Of a DNA stretch of 28,060 nucleotides, positions 16,744 through 23,222 are shown piece after piece. Source of the stretch: an uncultured Lentisphaerales bacterium (GTDB lineage: Bacteria > Verrucomicrobiota > Kiritimatiellia > RFP12 > UBA3636); contig CAYVJM010000001.1 of NCBI GenBank assembly GCA_964451695.1, positions 1 through 28,060 of the forward strand. Direction: 5' to 3'. The notes beneath the pieces were generated by a model. That model did not search any database. It was given only the letters and a program-made list of their open reading frames with translations, and was not told where the DNA came from. A program made the translations under genes and the position numbers. Positions within the stretch are counted from its first letter, which is position 1, and each line of letters starts with the position of its first letter.

Positions 16744-18012
16744 ATGCAGAAGTTCAACTATGTGGCGCTGGATGCGCAGGGCAAGGAGCAGCGGGGCGTG
16801 GTCGAGGCGAAGGACCAGAGCCAGGCGATCGCGGCGCTGCGGCAGCACAACTTGGTGCCGCAGACCGTTTCGCCGGTCGCCGGCGGGGGCAAGGCGAAGT
16901 CCAAGTCCATGGGCGCCATGGAGATCAACATCAAGATGCCGGCCTTTCTCCGCGGGCGGGTGAAGCCCAAGGACCTGATGGTGCTGACGCGCCAGCTCGC
17001 GACGCTGGTCGATTCCGGCCTGCCGCTCATCCGGGGTCTGCGCATCCTGACGAAGCAGACGAAGAACGCGCAGCTCAAGGATGCGCTCCAGGGAATGGGC
17101 ACGGCCGTCGAGGGCGGCGCGACGTTCTCCGAGGCGCTGGCGCAGTATCCGAAGATCTTCGACCACCTCTACGTGAACATGGCCAAGGCGGGCGAGGCGG
17201 GCGGCGTGCTCGAGCAGTCGCTGTCGCGTCTGGCGGAGTTTCTGGAAAAGGCCGAGAAGATCAAGAACAAGGTCAAGAGCGCGATGACGTACCCGACCGT
17301 CGTGCTCATCGTGGCCCTGGGCATCACGGGCTTCCTGATGGCCGCGGTCATTCCGAAATTCGAAAAGGTCTTCACCGACCTCCTCGGCGAGGGCAAGCAG
17401 ATGCCGCCGCTCACGAAGTTCGTCATGAACCTGAGCAGCACGGTGACGGAGCGGGGGACGGTGATTCCGATCGCCGTGGGCCTGGCCCTGATCTTCGTCG
17501 GGACGAAGCTCTGGTACAAGACGGCCACGGGCCGCCTCGTCCTCGACCGCCTGAAGCTCTACATCCCCGGCGTGGGGCCCCTGATCCTGAAGTCCTCGAT
17601 CGGTCGCTCCACGCGCACGCTGGGCACGCTCATGCAGTCGGGCGTGCCCGTCCTCCAGGCGCTGGACATCGTGCGCGACACGTCGGGCAACGCCGTGATC
17701 GCCAACGCCTACCAGGCCATCCACGAGAGCGTCAAGGAGGGCGAGAGCATGACGCCGCCGATGGAGCGCGCGAAGGTGTTCCCGGCCATGGTGGTCAGCA
17801 TGGTGGACGTCGGCGAGGAGACGGGCGCGCTGCCCAACATGCTCGGACGCATCGCCAACACGTACGACGACGAGGTGGACAACGCCGTCGACGCGATGAC
17901 CTCGATCATCGAGCCGGTCATGATCGTGTTCCTCGCCGTCGTCGTCGGCACGATCGTCATCGCGATGTTCATGCCCCTCACCACGATCATCAGCGGCATG
18001 AGCGGCAACTAG
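16744..18012 (+). CDS. Type II secretion F / type IV pilus PilC inner-membrane platform protein
   Basis: MQKFNYVALDAQGK, TRQLATLVDSGLPL, FSEALAQYPKIFDHLYVNMAKAGEAGGVL, KVKSAMTYP, SGVPVLQAL, VGEETGAL, IEPVMIVFLA. RBS GGAGAGG. Confidence 0.95.
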   Translation: MQKFNYVALDAQGKEQRGVVEAKDQSQAIAALRQHNLVPQTVSPVAGGGKAKSKSMGAMEINIKMPAFLRGRVKPKDLMVLTRQLATLVDSGLPLIRGLRILTKQTKNAQLKDALQGMGTAVEGGATFSEALAQYPKIFDHLYVNMAKAGEAGGVLEQSLSRLAEFLEKAEKIKNKVKSAMTYPTVVLIVALGITGFLMAAVIPKFEKVFTDLLGEGKQMPPLTKFVMNLSSTVTERGTVIPIAVGLALIFVGTKLWYKTATGRLVLDRLKLYIPGVGPLILKSSIGRSTRTLGTLMQSGVPVLQALDIVRDTSGNAVIANAYQAIHESVKEGESMTPPMERAKVFPAMVVSMVDVGEETGALPNMLGRIANTYDDEVDNAVDAMTSIIEPVMIVFLAVVVGTIVIAMFMPLTTIISGMSGN

Positions 18013-18040
18013 CCGCGCGCCGCGGGAAAGGATCAAGCGC

Positions 18041-18877
18041 ATGAAAGGGAAATCCAACCGCCGCGGAGGCTTCACGCTCATCGAGATCATGGTCGTGATC
18101 CTCGTCATCATCCTGCTCGCGGGCATGGTCTTCAAGCTCATGGGCGTCGTTGGCGCCAAGAACGAGGAGGCCAACACCAAGGCCGTCCTCCAGAAGCTGG
18201 CCAACGCCCTCGAGGAGTACCGCGCCATCTACGGCAAGTACCCCCCCGTCTACAACTACCCCGGCCTTGGGCAGCCCATCCGCTACGAGTACGCCAACGC
18301 CAAGTACCTCGAGGCGGAGGTCGGCCCGGAGTTCGCCCAGACGCTCAAGAACGCATCCAAGGACAAGGACATCTGGGGCGAGGGCGGGCGGCTCTACACC
18401 TTCGGCCTGCTATCCTACTTCGTCCCCCGCTACAAGGGCCATGCGGATCGCTCTCCGGCCATCTTCGTCGGCGGCGAGCCGGACGACCCCAAAACCGCCT
18501 CGGACGAAAGCGACACGTACAACAAGGACCGGACCATCAACCAGTGGGAGACCCACAACGTCAGGCGCTCCCGCGAGCGCATGAGCCAGTTCGATCTCCA
18601 GGAGAATATCGATTCCGCCCGCAAGATCCTGACCCACCTCGACGGTGCGCTCAACGCGGACGGCAGCGTGTCGAGCTACGGCATCATCGGGGGCGGCTGG
18701 ATCGGTTGCATGTACAATGACATTCCGTACCACAACGACCACCTCTATGTCTTGGACGGCTGGAAGCGCGAGCCGCGCTACCAGTCCAACCCGCCGCACG
18801 ACACCTACAAGCTTTGGTCCGTCGGTCCCGACGGCGTCAGCGGCACCTCGGACGACATCGTCCTGACAAGCGAATAG
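18041..18877 (+). CDS. GspG-like pseudopilin 1 with large central insertion (278 aa)
   Basis: Class III signal RRGG|FTLIE; LANALEEYRAIYGKYP; LDGWKREPRY; C-terminal YKLWSVGPDGVSGTSDDI. Confidence 0.85.
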   Translation: MKGKSNRRGGFTLIEIMVVILVIILLAGMVFKLMGVVGAKNEEANTKAVLQKLANALEEYRAIYGKYPPVYNYPGLGQPIRYEYANAKYLEAEVGPEFAQTLKNASKDKDIWGEGGRLYTFGLLSYFVPRYKGHADRSPAIFVGGEPDDPKTASDESDTYNKDRTINQWETHNVRRSRERMSQFDLQENIDSARKILTHLDGALNADGSVSSYGIIGGGWIGCMYNDIPYHNDHLYVLDGWKREPRYQSNPPHDTYKLWSVGPDGVSGTSDDIVLTSE

Positions 18878-18890
18878 GAGCGCGCCGCCC

Positions 18891-19631
18891 ATGAATCCCG
18901 TCATCTCATCGCCCCGCAGGGGCTTCACGCTGATCGAGTTGCTCGTCTCCCTCGCCGTCATCGGCATTTTGGCGAGCCTCTTCTACCCCGCGCTCAACAA
19001 AATCCGCCAGAAGGCCTGGGACACGTCCGCCCACGAACTCTGCGTCCAGGCCGCGACGGCCTGGAACCAGCTCCTGCTCACCCATCGGCGCTTCCCCTCG
19101 CGCGACCTCATCGAGTGGGCCGCCGACCTCGACAAGGACGGCGACGTCGAGAAGGTCGATGGCGACATGGCCTTCCCGATGATGACGGGCACGACGTGCC
19201 TCCTCAACTGGTGGAAGCCCACCCATCCGCTCCCCGAGTTCGACCTGCCCAACTACAAGAAGTGGCTCAAGACAGCCGCGCGAGGCAACAAGGAGGTCGA
19301 CTTCGACGACTGGGACCAGATTCCGGACTGGCCGAACGACCTCGTGCTCGAGCGCTCCGTCGAGCAGAAGAAATGGGGCCTTGTCGCCCCCTGGGCGAAC
19401 CGCTGGATCAAGAACGCAGCGACGCCCACGACCGAAGGGCTCCAGAACGTCGTCACGGCGACTGTCTGGGTGCTGCTCGATCTCGACGGCGACGGCAAGG
19501 TCACGCTGCCCGGTTCTCTGCCCGGCGGCGTCGGGCTCGATTCCGAGGGCAAGTCGCTGATCATTCCCAAGTCCGTCGTCGCCTGGGTTTTCACCGGTTC
19601 CAAGCGGGACAAGGTCGTTACAAGCTGGTAG
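18891..19631 (+). CDS. Prepilin-type (G-like) protein 2 with two DxDxDG loops (246 aa)
   Basis: RRG|FTLIELLVSLAVIGILASLFYPAL; DLDKDG and DLDGDG. Confidence 0.85.
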   Translation: MNPVISSPRRGFTLIELLVSLAVIGILASLFYPALNKIRQKAWDTSAHELCVQAATAWNQLLLTHRRFPSRDLIEWAADLDKDGDVEKVDGDMAFPMMTGTTCLLNWWKPTHPLPEFDLPNYKKWLKTAARGNKEVDFDDWDQIPDWPNDLVLERSVEQKKWGLVAPWANRWIKNAATPTTEGLQNVVTATVWVLLDLDGDGKVTLPGSLPGGVGLDSEGKSLIIPKSVVAWVFTGSKRDKVVTSW

Positions 19632-19666
19632 CGTGCGCCGGCGCCGCCGGTCAGGAGGTTTTCGCC

Positions 19667-20371
19667 ATGGACAAGCCATTTTTCAAGCGAACCGCGGGCT
19701 TCACCCTCGTCGAACTGCTCATTGTCGTGGGCATTCTCGCCGTGCTGCTCAGCCTGCTCACCCCGGCGATTCTCAAGAACATCGCCGTCGTCAGCGAACG
19801 ACAGCACGACAACGAGCGCAAGCTGCTCGAGGCCGCGCTGATGGAGTACTGGCACGACCAGGGCGAATGGCCGATTCCGAAGAAGGGCAAGGACGGCTAC
19901 AAAAAGCCCGATGCCAACTCCCGCTTGTCGTTCCGCTACGACAACTACGTCGTCTTCAACACCCTGCTCCGCAAGTCCCTGCTCAACGAGCGCAGCGGGA
20001 AGGACTACATCGACCCCGCCGTCCATACGACGACCCGCGAGAAGTGCGACGAAAAGGACTATCCCAACTTTCTCGTCGCCCGGCTCGTGGACGCCATCGA
20101 GGGGGACCACGACGTCAGCGCCCGCAAGGAGCTGACGCTCGTGTACTGGAAGAAGCTCATCGAGTGCCCGGAATGCCCGACCGACGACCTCCGCCGCTTC
20201 CAGGGCATCGGGGCCTCGAAATGCAGCAACCCGAACTGCAAATTTCTGAAGTCCAAGGGCTATGCCTATGCGTTTTCGCCCTCCCAGAAGCGACGCTTTG
20301 TGAAGGGGCTTCTGCCCTACAGGGTCACGATCGATCTGCTCAACAACCGCGCCATCGTGACCGACGACTAG
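19667..20371 (+). CDS. Prepilin-type (G-like) protein 3 with Cys4 knuckle (234 aa)
   Basis: AGGAGGT RBS before the ATG at 19667; KRTAG|FTLVELLIVVGILAVLLSLLTP; YWHDQGEWP; CPEC-x15-CSNPNC. Confidence 0.85.
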   Translation: MDKPFFKRTAGFTLVELLIVVGILAVLLSLLTPAILKNIAVVSERQHDNERKLLEAALMEYWHDQGEWPIPKKGKDGYKKPDANSRLSFRYDNYVVFNTLLRKSLLNERSGKDYIDPAVHTTTREKCDEKDYPNFLVARLVDAIEGDHDVSARKELTLVYWKKLIECPECPTDDLRRFQGIGASKCSNPNCKFLKSKGYAYAFSPSQKRRFVKGLLPYRVTIDLLNNRAIVTDD

Positions 20372-20418
20372 CCGGGGCGCCGGGCCTCGACACCAATCCC
20401 GATCCAAGGAGAATCTGA

Positions 20419-21294
20419 ATGACCAGACAGGACACGCACACGCGAGAAACGCGCCGTCCGCAGGGCTTCACCCTGCTGGAGCTCATCGCCGTGATGGGCA
20501 TCATCGTGGCGATGTCCGCCATCGTCGTGGGCGGCTACAAAGGGATGATGCGCGCCATCGCCCAGCGCACCGGCGTGGACGCCCTCGCCAAGGCCATCAC
20601 GCTCTGCCGTCAATACGCCACGATCGACGGCAAGGACACGTACTTCTGGATCACCGGCTTCGACACGTATGTCATCTGCCGCAAGGCCGGCCAGGTCGAC
20701 GCCAGCACCGAGCGCGTCAGGAACCGCCCGCTCGAAGACTACGAGCGCAGCGCCTGCGGCTACCTGCCCAAGTCGGGCTCCTTCTCCGCCTACTGGATCA
20801 CCGATTCCTACGCCGATCTCGGTTCGGCGGAGGACTATACGCGCAACATGGACGAAGACGCCAAGGAGGGGGCCGTCGAGCAGATGAAGGAGAAGACCTA
20901 CAACGGCGGTCTCGTCTTCGACTTCACGGCCGGGGAGGTCGCCAGAATCCGCTATCCCGCCTGGTTTGTCGCCTCCCAGGGCTATTGGATCATCGGCCTC
21001 ATGGGGCCGGATCGGGAGGACACCCCGCCTGGCTTCAAGCCCAGTAGCGAATACGGCTGGATGGTCGGGCCCGAATACCAGCTCCCCAAGGGCTATGTGT
21101 TCGACCCCGGCCATTACCAATACGACAAAACCAGCGGCGAATTCAAGGAGGGCGAGCGCTTCTTCTTCCGCCCCGACGGCACGCCGGACGAGAATACGAC
21201 GATCACCCTCAACGAGGTCGGCTCCGAGAAGAAGCCCTTCGTCACCATCCGCGGAGACGGGACGATCTCGTGGGACTATCAGGACGGCAAATGA
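20419..21294 (+). CDS. GspH/FimT-like minor pseudopilin (291 aa)
   Basis: AAGGAG RBS; RRPQG|FTLLE; ITLCRQYATIDGK; C-terminal YQLPKG...FFFRPDG...VTIRGDGTI. Confidence 0.75.
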   Translation: MTRQDTHTRETRRPQGFTLLELIAVMGIIVAMSAIVVGGYKGMMRAIAQRTGVDALAKAITLCRQYATIDGKDTYFWITGFDTYVICRKAGQVDASTERVRNRPLEDYERSACGYLPKSGSFSAYWITDSYADLGSAEDYTRNMDEDAKEGAVEQMKEKTYNGGLVFDFTAGEVARIRYPAWFVASQGYWIIGLMGPDREDTPPGFKPSSEYGWMVGPEYQLPKGYVFDPGHYQYDKTSGEFKEGERFFFRPDGTPDENTTITLNEVGSEKKPFVTIRGDGTISWDYQDGK

Positions 21295-21314
21295 AGGTCA
21301 GGGGAGGCCACACC

Positions 21315-21920
21315 ATGCGCGGCATATTCAACAGGACGGGATTCTCCCTCATCGAGGTCAACATGGCGATCCTCATCGCCGCCGGGGGGCTGATGTCGCT
21401 CTTCTCGCTCCTCCCGGGCGGGCTTCGCCACAGCGTCATGTCCCAGGAGGATCTCTACCAGTCCACTTTCGCCAGTTCGCTGCTCGACACCATTTCCGCC
21501 AACGTCAAGAAGATCGACGATGTCGGCGATTGGAACAACGCGAAGACCTTCTGGGAATACGCCGTCGGCAAGCAGGGCGACCAGTGCGTACAGATCAAAG
21601 GCATCCCGGCTGCCCTGAAAAATGCCACCGCGGCGAAGAGCGACGGCGCCATTTCCGACGCCACGAAGCAGCTCCTGACGGATGAAAATGGAAGCGTCTG
21701 GTTCGCCTGCCAAGAAGAAGACGAGGTCGACGACGACCCGCCCTCCGTCACCGTGCTGCTCCCGACCCAGTATTTCATCCGCCTCAAGCAGGAGGCTGGC
21801 ATCGGGGGCGCACCGGCCCGCTACACGGTTTCCGTGACGTCGACCCAGATGCCGTCCCCGGCGGCCTACCACCGCAACGCCATCTACACGATGGACTACT
21901 ACTTCTGCGGCCAGCCATGA
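21315..21920 (+). CDS. GspI/PilV-like minor pseudopilin (resembles Verru_Chthon cassette B type; 201 aa)
   Basis: GGAGG RBS before the ATG at 21315 (alternative start: ATGA overlap at 21291); NRTG|FSLIEVNMAILIAAGGLMSLFSLLPGGL. Confidence 0.72.
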   Translation: MRGIFNRTGFSLIEVNMAILIAAGGLMSLFSLLPGGLRHSVMSQEDLYQSTFASSLLDTISANVKKIDDVGDWNNAKTFWEYAVGKQGDQCVQIKGIPAALKNATAAKSDGAISDATKQLLTDENGSVWFACQEEDEVDDDPPSVTVLLPTQYFIRLKQEAGIGGAPARYTVSVTSTQMPSPAAYHRNAIYTMDYYFCGQP

Positions 21921-22648
21921 GCCGCCGCGCCGTTTCGCCGCAAGGAACCCCGAACATGATCGAAAGACAACGTAGACACGGAGCCGCCGGCTTCTCGCTC
22001 ATCGAGGTGATGGTCGCCACCGGCGTCCTGCTTGTCGTGGTGCTCATGGTAGGCGCCGTTTTCCGCCAGGCCTCCTCGTCCTGGGACGGCGGCTACGCCC
22101 GCGCCGAAGGCGGCATGATCGTGCGCGGCGTCCTCGGCGCCATCCAGCGCGACCTCTCCCAGGCCGTCGATGGACGTCGGTTCCTCGAAGATTGGGATGT
22201 TCCCGTCAAGGTGAGCGGCGGCGAGGTGCAATTCGTCCGCCCCTACTTCGACCAGGAGACGAAGGAGGAGCAGTACCACCTCGTCACCTACACGGCGGGA
22301 GCGGGCAGCGTCAAGCGCAAGTGGCAGCTCCTCAAGTGGAACAACACCGACAAGACCTGGTCGGCCGGCAAGGGGGGCGACGACGATGTCGAGATCTACA
22401 AGGACGGCAAGGGCATGCGCCCCGGCTATGGCTTCCGGGCGCGCTTCGAGATCGCGGGGGACGAAGTGACGGATCCCGGCGTCGGCCTCGGTCCCGACGG
22501 CAAGCCGAAGAAGGGCGTCTTCTGGACCGTGCCCACCGTGTCCCTGCGCGTCGACCTCGTCCGCACCGGAAGCTTCAGCGGGCTGCGCGTGCGCTCGCTC
22601 GGCCGCGACGGCAAGAAGGACACGGACGACGACATCCTGGTTCGTTGA
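21917..22648 (+). CDS. GspJ/PilW-like minor pseudopilin with GspG-like C-terminal motif
   Basis: ATGA overlap (alternative ATG at 21956 with AAGGA); AAG|FSLIEVMVATGVLLVVVLMVGAVF; IQRDLSQAV; ends with RSLGRDGKKDTDDDI. Confidence 0.75.
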   Translation: MSRRAVSPQGTPNMIERQRRHGAAGFSLIEVMVATGVLLVVVLMVGAVFRQASSSWDGGYARAEGGMIVRGVLGAIQRDLSQAVDGRRFLEDWDVPVKVSGGEVQFVRPYFDQETKEEQYHLVTYTAGAGSVKRKWQLLKWNNTDKTWSAGKGGDDDVEIYKDGKGMRPGYGFRARFEIAGDEVTDPGVGLGPDGKPKKGVFWTVPTVSLRVDLVRTGSFSGLRVRSLGRDGKKDTDDDILVR

Positions 22649-22665
22649 TTCGCGAGGAACGCATC

Positions 22666-23115
22666 ATGAAAGACCATTTCCAGAGAAACGGATTCAGCCT
22701 GATCGAGCTGCTCGCGGTCACCGCGATCATCGCCATCCTCGCCGGCATGATCGGGGTCGCCGCTTTCAACGCCCGGCAGAAGGCCTACAACACGATCGCG
22801 CGCACCGAGGTCCAGCAGCTCGCGACCGCCCTCAAGTCCTGGTGGGTCGCCAAGGGGGAATGGCCCAAGGGCTTCCCGGCGGGCTCCGACACCGGCATCA
22901 GCGCCGACGTCATCCGCGAGTCCGGCCTGCGCGGCGACGTCGACGGCAACGTCTACCTCCAGATCCCCGACGACCGGTTCGAAGACGGGCTCTTCCTCGA
23001 CCCCTGGGGCCACCCGTATTTCGTCGAGATCGACGAGGTCACCGAGACCGAGGATGTCGAAACCTATCAGATCACCGTCAGCTTCGTGAACTCCGACAAG
23101 TACTATTTCGAGTAA
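22666..23115 (+). CDS. Short GspG-like pseudopilin 4 (149 aa)
   Basis: GAGGA RBS; QRNG|FSLIELLAVTAIIAILAGM; QQLATALKSWWVAKGEWP; FLDPWGHPY. Confidence 0.85.
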   Translation: MKDHFQRNGFSLIELLAVTAIIAILAGMIGVAAFNARQKAYNTIARTEVQQLATALKSWWVAKGEWPKGFPAGSDTGISADVIRESGLRGDVDGNVYLQIPDDRFEDGLFLDPWGHPYFVEIDEVTETEDVETYQITVSFVNSDKYYFE

Positions 23116-23125
23116 CGCCCGCGAT

Positions 23126-23191
23126 GAGGAACCACGAATGGACACGAATGGACGCCAATTCGTGTCTATTCGCGTCCATTCGTGGTTCTTC
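23126..23191. repeat. Intergenic hairpin built from decamer units
   Basis: gaacc-acgaatggac-acgaatggac-[gccaattcgt]-gtctattcgc-gtccattcgt-ggttc: a stem of about 25-28 bp with one mismatch and G-T pairs. Confidence 0.92.
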
Positions 23192-23222
23192 CTTCCCGCG
23201 CACCATTTGAGGTTCGTCCACT

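Noticed and set aside
18041-23115. Shufflon, antigenic-variation cassettes or a DGR among the repeated pilin 5' ends
   Set aside because: The similarity is limited to GF[TS]LIE codons with synonymous differences. Every gene is intact with its own start, and no recombinase, reverse transcriptase or TR/VR pair is in the window.
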